A stretch of 64,000 nt of DNA, from contig OZ024755.1 in NCBI GenBank assembly GCA_964016885.1, forward strand, positions 19,778,001-19,842,000. Reading direction: 5' to 3'. Of this stretch, positions 39,239 to 52,845 are shown piece by piece (position 1 is the stretch's first letter; the number at the start of each line of letters is the position of its first letter). Under the pieces are notes generated by a model. The model had not been told where the DNA came from. It ran no database searches and saw only the letters and a program-made list of their open reading frames with translations. This stretch comes from Eledone cirrhosa. Lineage: Eukaryota. Both the position numbers and the translations under genes were made by a program.

Positions 39239-40749
39239 AACAGTAGTTGTTCTAGACAATATATATGGAACAATAGTGCCTAAAGTAGAAACAATTAATG
39301 TGTAAGAACACTTGTTAGTTATAGAAGTGAAGGTAAATATTTTGGATTCAGATACAAAACCAGATAGCTAACACAACTCAACGGTAACGTACCTACTGTC
39401 TCCACCTGCCAACGTTTTTTCTCTCTTTTCTTTAACATAATACCATCCATAAGCACAATTAATCATTTTATATTAGGACAAGAAGAAGGAAACATGCAGT
39501 GTTTTAATCTCAATTAAGTTTATTAGATACAAATCAGGAAGTTAGATTGTTACACTAGGAATGGAGACCCAGCTGCGTTCACAGCATGGTAGGGCGTCAG
39601 CTGATGCAATAAAACTCGCAACCGAAATACGTGTTGTAATGACACAATAGTTCATAACAAACGTGTTTATCAACAGAAGATAAAGGAATGGATTCTGAAA
39701 GTTAGATATTAACAACGTTGCTAGTGTATTTTCCTATGTCGGCAAAGATTTAAACAATTTCAAGTCGGAGTTACGTCGCAGCTTCTTAATAATTGTGGCA
39801 TTGAGTTAGTATCCTCCTATCCACCTACGCAAATATATGACGACCAACAGAAATTAAAGACACTGCTGAAACTATCCAACTTTAGAATGAAAATTATTAT
39901 CACGTGAGGCAATAAACAAGCCATTGTACGTTCTGTCTATCACTTAAGTCAAAAGACAAAGGATGGCATCCCTGGTGCTTTTCCCAATCTCCTAGGTTCG
40001 GCTGAGAAAGGAAAATATCCTACGATTAAAAATTTGGTCTGAATGCTTGCATCATAGAGTTCTTTTGCTAAAGACACCTAAACTGCCATAGATTCGAGTT
40101 AAATAATGCAAAGGATTAACCCCTATATACACTATTATATTTTCGCAGTAAAGGCATTGTTTCACATAATTATCTCACATAATAATGAATCTATGAGATT
40201 TTGATAATATTTATTTTGAGAACAATACCTTAACATAAATATGAGCAGCGTATGACAGTTGGTTTGGACAGAAAGAGGTGAGAGAAGCCTGGCCGGATAT
40301 GGCCGGTTTAAATGCTAAAGGTTTAAGTCAACTACCCAACAAAAAGAAACAGTCCTTCTGATAGACTTCCTCAGAGTCTTCGTCTGTCATATTTCGGCCA
40401 CAAATGTTCTATGATTGACCGGAGGTTATGACAGAAGACCTATGCTTAAGTTAGCGCGCAATGGGACCGTGCAAGAAATCACCCCATTTGAAAGCGAACG
40501 TCTGGTAATCAGATACACGTGCATGTTATAAATAAAAGTGAAAGCAAATTATATATATATACATATATAAAGAAATAAAAATCACTGAAATAAATAAATT
40601 ATAAAAATGATATATGAATTTAAAAGCAAAGCTAAATATGGAAAACGACCTTATTCAAAAAGGGAAATTAATTATGTTTTGTTAGTTTATATTTCAATAT
40701 AATAGTTCTGAACAAAGGGCGTCTTGGGGAAACTAAACAGTATATATAT

Positions 40750-40896
40750 ATAATAAGTAATAAGTGATTTTCCGATGGAGATGGAGAGGTGACCATAGAA
40801 TATTTTTATTTCATATAAAAAAATGTCTTCTACAGGACAAGACATGTTCTGATAATTCCATATGAATGAAACGGTTCTAGTCCTTAAGAAGTCATT

Positions 40897-40897
<1 letters not shown>
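40750..40897 (+). mobile_element. Family F diverged fold-back
   Basis: Arms 40821-40842 / 40876-40897; CTGATAA-TTC-CATAT-GAAT-GAAAC-GGTTCTA-GTC. Confidence 0.65.
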
Positions 40898-40943
<46 letters not shown>

Positions 40944-41262
40944 CTGTTCCAGCTGATGGGCTGAGGCCATGCAGGAGCACCACACACACAAACACACATC
41001 AGCACACCGAGTAGGGATTTGGGTACTTCTCAGAGTGCCACATAATTCATCATTCTTGGCAGGGGACCTCCACCACTCGCTGTAGCAGAGAGAGAGAGAG
41101 AGAGAGAGATAGAAAGAGAGAGATAGAAAGATAGAGAGAGAAAGAGAGAGAGAGAAAGAGAGAGAGAGAGAAAGAGAGAGAGAGAAAGAGAGAGAGAGAG
41201 AAAGAGAGAGAGAGAAAGAGAGAGAGAGAAAGAGAGAGATAGAGAGAAAGAGAGAGAGAGAA

Positions 41263-41315
<53 letters not shown>

Positions 41316-41712
41316 TAGAGAGAGAGAGGTGACACCTGAACAGTGGAAGCTTTCAACCCACGTCATTATCATATCATATATAGCTGACAACTAAAACTCC
41401 ATTTCAGAGAATCTACCAGAGGAGGGCAGACCAGAGCAGACCAGGTCACCCGCCCCCACGCTTTCTCTCTCTCTCTCAGCCCACGACTTGTTACAGTTGC
41501 TGTCAATGAGTGGTAGGAAATGTTACGTGTGTTTATAAATAATATGATTGTTGTGACAACTGCATTCGGATCTGGTGACAGTAGATAGGTGACGACGAAA
41601 GAAAACGTTCTGTAGTGTAGTATTTGTACATGCATAGCTATATTGATGACAGAAAAGATAGCAGATAGATATGGTGTGGGTGGAAATGGCGGAGCAGCAG
41701 CCGGGATATGCT

Positions 41713-41994
41713 ATGTATGTATGTATGTATGTATGTATGTATGTATGTATGTATGTATGTATGTATGTATGTATGTACGAATGTCGTTATGTATGAATGT
41801 AGTTATGTATGTGTATGTATGTATGTATGTATGTATGTATGTATGTATGTATGTATGTATGTATGTATGTATGTATGTATGTATGTATGCATTTGTGCAT
41901 GTATGTATGCATATATGTATGCATGTATGTATGTATGTACGCATTTGTGCATGTATGTATGCATATATGTATATATGTATGTATGTGTGCGTGC

Positions 41995-42042
<48 letters not shown>

Positions 42043-42924
42043 ATATGTATGTGTATATGTAAGTATATGTGCATGTATTTACGTATATATGTATGTATAT
42101 ATGTATGCATTTTTGCATGTATTTGTGTATGTATGCATATATGTATGCATGTGTGCGTGCATGTGTATATTATATATATATATATGTATGTATATATGTA
42201 TGAATGTGTATATGTATGTATGTGTATATATATGTGCATGTATATATGTATGCATTTGTGCATGTATATATATATATATATGTGTGTATGTGTGCATGTA
42301 TTTATGTATATATATGTATGTATGTGTGCATGTATTTATGTATATATGTATGGCTGTGTACATGTATGCATGCATATACGTATGTATGTGTGCATGCATG
42401 TATATATATATGTATGTGTGCATGTATTTATGTATATATGTATAGCTGTGTGCATGTATGTGTGCATATATGTATGTATATATGGGCTAGTATGTATGGG
42501 TACATGAATATGTGTGTGCATGAATGTATATATTTGTGCATATGTATATATATATATATGTGTATGTATATATGTATATATATATGTATGTGCGTATGAA
42601 TGGGTGATTGTTTTATACGTGTGTGTTTATGTATGTATGGATATATTTGTGCCTATGTATATGTTTGTGTATATATATATATGTATATACTCATGGATGT
42701 ACTGTTTGCATGTAAGCATGATTGATTGCGTTATATACACATGTGTATGCATGCATGTATGTATATATTTGTGTACATATGTATATACGTATAAATGTAT
42801 TGTTTGCATGTAAGCATGGGTCGTGTTATATACATGTATATGTGTTTTGAATTTAACATGTATGTATGTATATGACAGTGCTTGCTTATCCTTTTGTGAA
42901 TTTAACGCATGCATGCATGTGTAT

Positions 42925-42969
<45 letters not shown>

Positions 42970-43370
42970 AGTGTGTGTGTGTGTATGTATGTCAGTGTAT
43001 GCGTGTATATATGTAGTTATGTGTGTAACTGTGTGTTTGTGTATTCTTTTGTTAATATGTACATGGTTATTTACATTTACCCCCCCCCCCCATCCCCAAG
43101 AAATATAGAAACATGCACAGAAAATGCGTGATGTGTGCGCGTGTGTGTGCGTGTGTTTGTGAGTCTTTGTTTTTGTCAAGCGTTGTATGTGTCATTTGTA
43201 TATGTGTGTTTGTGTCATTTGTATATGTGTGTTTGTGTCATTTGTATATGCGTGTTTGTGTCATTTGTATATGCGTGTTGGTGTCATTTGTATATGTGTG
43301 TTTGTGTCATTTGTATATGTGTGTTTGTGTCATTTGTATATGTGTGTTTGTGTCATTTGTATATGTGTGT
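41713..43370. repeat. Degenerate (TATG)n region and 23-bp minisatellite (43187-43370)
   Basis: Direct reading; source of the many MYVC-type ORFs. Confidence 0.9.
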
Positions 43371-43598
43371 TTGCGTGTTCATGTCAAGTATTGTATGCGT
43401 GTTTGCGTCAAGTAGCGTATATGTGTTTTGTGTTTAAGTGGTGCATGTGTGCGTGTGTTTCTGGCATGCGTTTTATTTAGGTGTGCGTTTGTGTCACCTG
43501 TGGAAGAAACTGGACAAATTAAATGAAAGCTGCATAAAAAAAAATAAAAAAAATAAAAAAAAATAAAAATAAAAATAAAAATAAAAATAAAAACCTAC

Positions 43599-43694
43599 CT
43601 CGAGATCAACTGGTGATTGGTTTTGACTTTTCGACTTAGAACTGCTTGGCGATTTAATAGGTACCGAGGTAGATGCTGTGTGACCGTAGTTCAT
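43599..43694 (-). CDS. Candidate first coding exon MNYGHTASTSVPIKSPSSSKSKSQNQSPVDLE
   Basis: AAACATGA start context, 32 non-repetitive codons and a phase-0 donor GAG|GTAGGT. No homology recognised. Confidence 0.3.
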
Positions 43695-44304
43695 GTTTGA
43701 TAGATATATCCACAACGTACAGAACACAAAAGCAGAATGTTTGGTTCTTTATTATTATTCTTATTTATAAGACAAGAGACACGGAGAGAGAAATAGCCCC
43801 TAAAACTTAAATGCCCACACTAATGACGAAGAGAAAAATAATAATAATAATAGTAGTAATAATAATTGTTTCTACTTTTGGCAGTAATAATAATAATAAT
43901 AGTAATCCGGAGAGGAGGAAAGGATGGTTTTGTTATGTCCAGGTGACATGGACAGTGTGACACATGTTATATCTTAGTGAGGCGGTAATCCATGAAAGTA
44001 TTGAAAGATGCCGTTAAGTAGTTTTCCACCGGCTTATATTTTATACGTTGTTACTGTTGTAGTTAGTTGTTGTGTCGTTTACTGTTACTGTAGTTGTTTC
44101 TACTACTGCTGCTGTTGCTGCTGCTGTGGTTGTTGTCACTGTAGTTGTTGCTGGGGGTTGGGTGAGAGCGAGGTGGTGGTGGCGGTGGTAGAGAAAGGAA
44201 TAAGTACCTCCTAGTTGCTTAAATTATTTCGCAGACTTTTTTTTTCCTCGGTGATGCCGTGGCTGTTGTATTTATATTCTTAGTTAAAGAGACGAACAGA
44301 AGCA

Positions 44305-44337
<33 letters not shown>

Positions 44338-44959
44338 GCAACCTAAACGACAACACCAACGGCATCAACACCACCACCACCAACAACAACAATATCGTTA
44401 TATGCGGAAGCTTACAAGAACAAATTTAAATAATATCAACAATAACAACAACAACAGCACCAGTAATAACAACAACAGCACCAGTAGTAACAACAACAAC
44501 AACAATATCGTTATATTCGGAAGCTTACAAGAACAAATTTAATATCAACAACAGCAACAACTACAACAACAACTACACGAACTACAACAACTCTGTGATG
44601 CTGGTTGGTCAAGTCGTCGAAGCGAATAAAACCGCAATGAAGAACTCTTCCGAGGTTTTCTTTCAACTGATACTATATCAGATTTATTCATTACACGTTC
44701 AACACAATATACATACCCCTATTTTTATGCATTCAGCAATCCTATTATACATTTTACACAATATACACATCCCTATTTTTATTCATTCAACACCCTACGT
44801 TTTATACATTCAACACAATATACCGACCCTGATTTTTTTTTAATGAATACTTCCCAACAATTGACAACTAACCCCCTACAGCTTCCCGCCCACGATTTTT
44901 GATACAATTAATTACTTTTACTCTTTAGTTTGTTCTTTATTTAGTGTACGTATATATAT

Positions 44960-45643
44960 ATAGTGCGTGTATATACGTAACTAGTTATATATATATATAT
45001 ACTCTACATGTATATACCTAAGTAGTTTATATATATATATAGTGCGTGTATATACGTAACTAGTTATATATATATACACTACATGTATATACCTAAATAG
45101 TTATATATATATATATATATATACTACATGTATATACCTAAATAGTTTATATATATATATACATGTATACACCTAAATAGTTTATATATATATATACTAC
45201 ATGTATATACCTAAATAGTTTATATATATATACTACATGTACATACCTAAATAGTTTATATATATATACTACATGTATATACCTAAATAGTTTATATATA
45301 TATACTACATGTATATGCCTAAGTAGTTTATATATATATATATATATATATAGTGCGTGTATATACGTAACTAGTTATATATATATACTACATGTATATA
45401 CCTAAATAGTTTATATATATATATACTACATGTATATACCTAAATAGTTTATATATATATATACTACATGTATATACCTAAATAGTTGATATATATATAC
45501 ATGTATATACCTAAGTAGTTTATATATATATAGTGCGTGTATATACGTAACTAGTTATATATATATATATATATACTACATGTATATACCTAAATAGTTT
45601 ATATATATATATACTACATGTATATACCCAAGTAGTTTATATA

Positions 45644-45682
<39 letters not shown>

Positions 45683-45705
45683 CGTGTATATACGTAAGTA
45701 GTATA
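44960..45705. repeat. Composite minisatellite (CTACATGTATATACCTAAATAGTT and GTGCGTGTATATACGTAACTAGT units separated by variable (TA)n)
   Basis: Direct reading. Confidence 0.9.
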
Positions 45706-46378
45706 TATATATATATATATATGGGTGTCTGTGCAGGTTTGTGTGAGTGCGCGCGTGCGTGTGTTTTTGTTTTGTTAGTTTTTGTTAGTTGTTGTTGCAG
45801 TTGTTTTACATCCGTCTGCTCCGAATGATTCTTTCTGTCTATCTACCACTCACCCTCTCTTCCTCTATATCTTTCTTTCTCTCTGTCACTCTCTCTCCCC
45901 CCTTCACTCTCTCTCTCTCTCACTATCTACACATCTCTTTCTTTAAGTAAGAATGAAACCAAACATTCATTAATAATGCGAGCTGAATATCGCGAAGAGG
46001 GGGAAAAGAAAGAGCGTAAGCTGAGTATGTAAGTTGTTGTTGTTGTTGTTGTTGTAAGTAAAGTGTCACACCATCGATATATGGGGAGAGAGAGACAGTG
46101 ATTTTGATACAGGATGCGTGTGTCGTATCCCAGAGATGACAGTGCGTAGTCAGACAGAGTGACAGACAGAGAGAGAGAGAGAGAAAGAGAGAGACAGAGA
46201 GAGAGTGACAGAGACAGAGAGAGAGTGACAGAGTGAGAGAGAGAGATAGTGACAGAGAGAGAGAGAGAGAGAGAGTGACAGAGTGACACAGAGAGAGTGA
46301 CAGAGTGAGAAGTAAAAATCTTCTAACTCTTCTTATGTTCTCGTATCGTAATTATTATTATTCTTATGGTTTTCCATT

Positions 46379-46421
<43 letters not shown>

Positions 46422-46641
46422 TGAGTTCAATTCCAGCCGAGGTTAATTTTGCTTTTCATCCTTACGGGGTCGATAAAATAAAGTACCAGTAATGTACTGG
46501 TTAATTTGCTGGCCTTGTGCCTAAAGTAGAAACAATTATATTATATATATATTGAACCTTGTTTAACTCTTAAATATATATATATATATAAGAATACTCA
46601 GACATTAACCAAATTGTATATGTATATATATATATATATAT

Positions 46642-46722
<81 letters not shown>

Positions 46723-46736
46723 TTATTTAATATATA

Positions 46737-46896
46737 TAACGAAGGAAGTGTGGTAAGGAACCAGGTGGACCATAACGCACCAAAGTACTCAATACTTAGG
46801 GTTGTAGAATGGGTAATAGGAAAATGTTTAACCCCGACGGCAGAGCTCAAGCCGTTTCGAAACGGCTTCAGCTCTGCCGTCGGGGTTAAACATTTT

Positions 46897-46901
<5 letters not shown>
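46737..46901 (+). mobile_element. Family B element (palindrome 46816-46901 centred on TTTCGAAA)
   Basis: 43-bp arms with 1 mismatch plus the shared tail; in (TA)n. Confidence 0.85.
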
Positions 46902-46930
<29 letters not shown>

Positions 46931-47106
46931 TTCGGAATAACAGAAAAAAAGCAAAAAAAAAACAGACACGCGCAGGAGTAAATGTTACAAATATTATTAG
47001 TTTCACGCTATATATATATATATATCGAGGGGGACCGGCTGAGGTTGAAGGAACAGAATAGCAGCCCCATGGATTTTATCTATTACATTCACGTATTATA
47101 TTTCGA

Positions 47107-47164
47107 ATACCTGATGATATCACCGGATTCATACGGAACCCGGTCATTGAAATGATCATAGTAT
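47107..47164 (+). ncRNA. Hammerhead ribozyme motif, family J (element ~47026-47215)
   Basis: ATAC-CTGATGA-TATC-ACCGGATTC-ATACG-GAACCCGGT-CATT-GAA-ATGATCAT-A-GTAT. Confidence 0.7.
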
Positions 47165-47214
47165 AATACACCTTTCAAGGATTTACACAAATCCAGCCTC
47201 CTGTCATTTCATTA

Positions 47215-47254
<40 letters not shown>

Positions 47255-47486
47255 ATGTCTTTTATTCTTATCTATTATTTTCACAGAACGAAGAATTTCC
47301 GCTGTCTTGTGTCACGTATTGTATATGTCTCTCTTACAACCATTCCTAGTGTCACTCTTTGATAATTTTTTCCTCTCTTCGTTTTCAATCAAACATTTCC
47401 TTATAACTATCATCTCTATACAATAGACGCACTATACATTTATTTTAGCTTGCTTGTGTTGCTGTTTTTGTTCTTATTGTTTAGAT

Positions 47487-49015
47487 CAAATCCCGCCGAG
47501 GTTAAATTTGCCTTTCATCCTTACGGGGTCGTTAAAATAAAGTACCAGTCACGCACTGGGGTCGATTTAATAGACTTTCCCCTCCCCCAAAATTGCTAGC
47601 CTTGTGCCTATATAAAAAAAACATTATTGTTTAGAACCATTCAAAACCTTGATTAAACAGGACTATGATCAATGCCTTTCCATCCGTGATCATCCCACCT
47701 TATGTTTCTCAGACATATACTATCAAATGTAACATGTCCGCCTCTCCCTTTTATTTTGTTGTTTGAAGACTCGTGTGTTTTGGCGAGGAGAGGAGTGCTT
47801 TGACTGCTATTTCTAACAGGTTGTAAGACAGCCTATCATAGCTGTATACCGCCTGTTACTTACTCTTGTCGTTGCTGTTATTATGGATTGGTAGAATCGG
47901 TAGAGTGCCGGCCGAAATGCTTTGTGGTATTCAGTTAAGACATTCTAACGTTCTGAGTTCAAATCCCCCGAGGTTAGCTTTGCTTTTCATCCTTTCGACA
48001 TCGATAAAATAAAGTACCAGTAACGCAATGGGGTTGATTTAATAGACTCTCCCATCCCCCTAAAATTGTTGGCCTTGTGCGTAAATCAGAAAGTATTATT
48101 ATTAGTACTAGTAGTAGCAATAGTAGTAATAGTAATAGGAGTAGTAATAGTAGCAGCAGTAGTAGCAGTAGTAGCAGTAGTAGCAGTAGAAGTAGTAGTA
48201 GTAGTAGCAGCAGTAGTAGCAGTAGTAGTAGCAGTAGTCCGAGGTTCACTTTGTCTTTCATCCTTACGGGGTCTATAAAATAAAGTACCAGTAATACACT
48301 GGAATAATTGCTGGCCTTGTGCCTAAAGTGGAAACAATTATTAGTAGTAGTAGTAGCAGTAGTAATAGTAGTAATAGTACAAGCAGCAGTAGTAGTAGTA
48401 GCAGCAGCAGCAGTAGTAGATTAACTTATCTCAACTTCTAAAATGTTGGCTTTGTTATATACTTTTGGTTAAATGTATTTCGTCGTTAGATGGAAGAAAA
48501 ATTGAAAGAATAAATAAAAGCGAAATATTGGTTCTTCAAGGCCAACAATTTTGCTGAAGGGGAAAATAGATTGAATCAACCCCAGTGCATTACTGGTACT
48601 TTCTTTTATCGACGCACTAAGGATGAAAGTTAAGGCTAACCACGGCGGAATTTGAACTCAGAACGTAAAGCAAAATAATTGTTTCTACTTGAGGCACAAG
48701 GCCAGCAATCACCCAGCGTATTACTGGTACTTTATTTTATCGACCCCGTAAGGATGAAAGGCAAAGTAAACCTCGGCGGGATTTGAACTCAGATCGTAAA
48801 GGGACCTAACTATGCTGGAAAGCATGGCGTCCGACCCTTTACTGATACTGCCAATCCACGGCCCTTCGTAAAGCAAAATAATGGTTTCTGATTCAGGCCC
48901 AAACCAAACATTTTAGCGGGAAGGAGCATGTCAATAAAATCCTCCCCAAGTGCGTTACTGGTACTTTATTTTATCGACAAAACTAACCTCGGCGGGATTT
49001 GAACTCAGAATGTAA
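47487..49015. mobile_element. Cluster of about six Nin/Deu SINE copies (plus 47487-48342, minus 48528-49015) with (AGT/AGC)n tracts
   Basis: Repeated cores. Copy 48680-48866 is flanked by a 16-bp TSD CGTAAAGCAAAATAAT. Confidence 0.85.
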
Positions 49016-49189
49016 AGAAACCCAGAAGAATAAACAACATTATATTAACAATTATATTGACGATGGTAACGATGTTTTTTTATTTATCTCAAGGTAAAAG
49101 AAAAAAAAAGCTGCGAATTTTACGATACAGTGTAACGCAAAATGATTCAAACATGTAAACAGAACTGTAACATAAGAAATTCTTATGCT

Positions 49190-49410
49190 ATTGTTTAACC
49201 CCAGGTCAAACCTGGTTGTGGAAACATTATGATCAAAAGCTTTCCAGTTGCAACCATCCCTCATTTTTCCATATGTAGGAAACCCAAGACAACATTATTC
49301 AACATGTCTACCATTTCCCTGATTTTTTTTTTTTTTTTAACCAGTAGGATGATTTAATAAAGATTTGGGAGCTATTTCTAGCAGGTCGAAAGCTCACGTA
49401 GAAGCTCCCA
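49190..49410 (+). mobile_element. Old ~250-bp dispersed repeat family (representative copy)
   Basis: TTGTTTAACCCCAGGTCA..ATGATCAAA..CCATCCC..GCTATTTCTAGCAGGTCGA. Degenerate copies near 6120, 15370, 19455, 21230, 35205, 47627, 53670 and 57630. Confidence 0.55.
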
Positions 49411-49520
49411 CGTATGTACGTTTGCGCGCGTATATATATAAATGAGAGAGAGTGTGAAAGAGAGAGAGAGAGAGAGAAAGAGAGAAAGAAAGAGAAAAAG
49501 AGAGAAAGAGAGAGAGAAAA

Positions 49521-49555
<35 letters not shown>

Positions 49556-50170
49556 GAAAGAGAGAGAGAAAGTGAAAGAGAGAAAGAAAGAGAGAAAGAG
49601 AGAAAGAGAGAGAAAGAAAGAGAGGGAAAGAGAAAGAGAAAGAGAAAGAGAGAAAGATAAAGAGAAAGAGAGAAAGAGAGAAAGAGAGAGAAGAGAGAGA
49701 AAGAGAGAGAATAACAACTGCACCAAGCAGAGCAATAACTTTCACTATTCTTTCTATGTATCTTACAGGGTCGATAAAATAAAGTACCAGTAACGCACTG
49801 GGGGTCGATTAAATCGACAACCGCCCCCGAATGTAGAAACAACTATATTGTCTACGTATAACACGGTGTGTGATACGTATAACACGGTGTGTGATACGTT
49901 TAATAAAAGTAGTTGTTTAATGAAGCTTAGTGCTTGTTGTGCTTGGTATCTACTTTTATCTCAGTAACTACATGTAAAACAACACTACTACATGTCTCAA
50001 GCATGGTTACTATATACAGGTGTAGGGGCTTGCTGTGTACAAGTGAGTGAGAGAGTGAGTGAGAGAGAGAGCGAGCGCGTGAGAGAGAGAGAGCGAGCGA
50101 GCGCGTGAGAGAGAGACAGAGAGCGACCGCGTGAGAGAGAGAGAGCGAGCGAGCGAGCGAGCGAGCGAGC

Positions 50171-50217
<47 letters not shown>

Positions 50218-50298
50218 TGAGAGAGCGAGCGCGTGAGAGAGAGAGAGCGAGCGCGTGAGAGAGAGAGAGCGAGCGCGTGAGAGAGAGAGAGCGAGCGC

Positions 50299-50365
<67 letters not shown>

Positions 50366-50368
50366 CGT

Positions 50369-50401
<33 letters not shown>

Positions 50402-50454
50402 CGTGAGTGAGCGAGACAGGATGGAGAACGCCCGAGAGAGAAGGGAGAGAGAAT

Positions 50455-50665
50455 CATGAACTTTTACAGAACTAGAACTGTTTCATTCACACAAACATCA
50501 TCAGGACATTCCTCATGATTTCACTCACATGAATGAAACAGTACTAGCCCTGTAGAAATCATTTCTGCATAAAATAAAGAAACCTATACTCTACCAATGT
50601 ATTGAGTGACTTCTTTAAATGTGACCATATACCCTTAACTATTTAGATCCTTACCGGATCTTAAC
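50455..50665. mobile_element. Family F fold-back (50462-50557) plus right tail
   Basis: TACAGAACTAGAACTGTTTCATTCA..ATCATCAGG inverted to TGAATGAAACAGTACTAGCCCTGTA. Tail has TATTGAGTG. Confidence 0.7.
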
Positions 50666-50735
50666 AACTGTTAAGGATCACAAAACTGAATATAAGCATT
50701 TTTATGAAGAATATTCGCAACACAGATACACATAA

Positions 50736-50824
<89 letters not shown>

Positions 50825-51281
50825 TGAGTGTGTTATATACATATATATATATGTATGTAAGGAAAGAGTGATATACTTTAACTTTAATTATATCTCATAA
50901 AATAATACAACTGGTTTTTCCACACTATACATATTGTTAGCACCCCAAACACTTAAATTGGGTTTATATTTAAATATAACCTAATGTTTGTTGAGTGAGA
51001 TGGTTACCAGTCAGAGTTTAGCTTTAAACTATCTCTGTTATTGTATTAAATATTATATATGTATGTATATATTATATACATATGTGTGTGTGTGTATGTA
51101 TTATATATATATATATACATGTGTATGTATTATATATATACATATGAATGTATTATATATATATATATATACATGTGTATGTATTATATATATACATATG
51201 AATGTATTATATATATATATATTATATATATACATGTATGTATTACACGCACACACGTGTGTATGTATGTACTACACACAC

Positions 51282-51316
<35 letters not shown>

Positions 51317-51784
51317 TATACACACACATAGATGCATACATATATATGCATACATATATATGCATATACATCTCGGATCAAACAGACAAGTGCCGAAAAG
51401 GGATTCGAACCTTGTCAATGGTTTGCCAGAATATAATCAGTTTTTTTCCACTATTTTGGGGGTTTTATTCAAATTTTATAACAAGAAGGTGTAATTTGTG
51501 ATATGAGAGAATTTGTTGCTATTTCTAGCAGGTTACATGACCACATAGTGGCCTCCTCTCTTGTTGCAGAGTCCCTTACTGTTGCTGCTGCTGCATTTAA
51601 GATTAGCGCAACACAAATGCGCTCTTCCAGCATCGCAAGCTTTGTAAACACAATTTAGTTTTAGGTAAATTTTCTTTGGTTTAGACCGCGTTTCGTTACA
51701 ACCTTTACTACAAGTATGTTGTCTCATTTTACGGCATCACACTGTCACATACATGTGTGAGAGAGAGCAACGGTTTATACACAG

Positions 51785-51815
<31 letters not shown>

Positions 51816-52215
51816 TAGTTATATATATAGAGATTAGTAGGATAGTAATTAATGACTATCTTTCACTATTTAGGGTTTGTATATATAATATATTACCATT
51901 AAAGGTTTTATTGCATACATAACCATAAATAGTACCCTTAATACTAATACATAGTTATATATATACATTTATTAAAATATTTTAATAAATATATGCTCTA
52001 CGGTTCTTATATATTTGATATATATTTATTCTTATCGAGCCCTCTTTGGATTTTTGTCTTCAAATTTATTATTATTATTTCTATAGTTACGTCCCTTTAC
52101 AGTCTGAGTTCAAATCCCGCCGAGGTTAACTTTGCCTTTCATCCTTACGGGGTCGATAAAATAAAGTACCAGTAATGTACTGGGTAATTGCTGACCTTGT
52201 GCCTAAAGTAGAAAC

Positions 52216-52350
<135 letters not shown>

Positions 52351-52809
52351 TAAATTTCTACCTCAAAATACATCTTGGTTCCTACAGCAGTTTCATCCGA
52401 CAAGACCAGCCCAGTTCCAGCCCAGTGTGAGTGAATCGACATTATACCCTAACGTATAAATACTAGTTTATTTGATGAGTGTGTGCGTGTGGCGTGTGTG
52501 TGTGTGGTGTGTGGTGTGTGTGTGTGTGTGGTGTGTGGTGTGTGTGTGTGTGTGGTGTGTGGTGTGTGTGTGTGTGGTGTGTGGTGTGTGTGTGTGTGTG
52601 GTGTGTGTGGTGTGTGGTGTGTGGTGTGTGTGTGTGGTGTGTGTGGTGTGTGGTGTGTGTGGTGTGTGGTGTGTGGTGTGTGTGTGGTGTGTGGTGTGTG
52701 TGGTGTGTGGTGTGTGGTGTGTGTGATGTGTGGCGTGTGGTGTGTGTGAAAATGGAAACAAAGTATAATTAAGCAATATATTGGTTTAACGTTTCATATA
52801 TTAGGGAAG

Positions 52810-52845
52810 TCTTTACGTTTCGGACCCTAGTCCTTCATCAGAAGA
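52810..52845 (-). ncRNA. Minimal hammerhead ribozyme motif, family M
   Basis: TCTT-CTGATGA-A-GGAC-TAGG-GTCC-GAAACGTA-AAGA: perfect stems I and II, GUA triplet, stem III reduced to a short palindrome. Confidence 0.75.

Noticed and set aside
41643-43480. Many overlapping Cys/Tyr/Val-rich ORFs
   Set aside because: Translations of (TATG)n and (TG)n repeats.
44960-45705. Repeat-spacer pattern resembling a CRISPR array (also 32233-32412 and 56620-57326)
   Set aside because: Spacers are (TA)n or SINE sequence rather than unique, there are no cas genes, and the context is eukaryotic.
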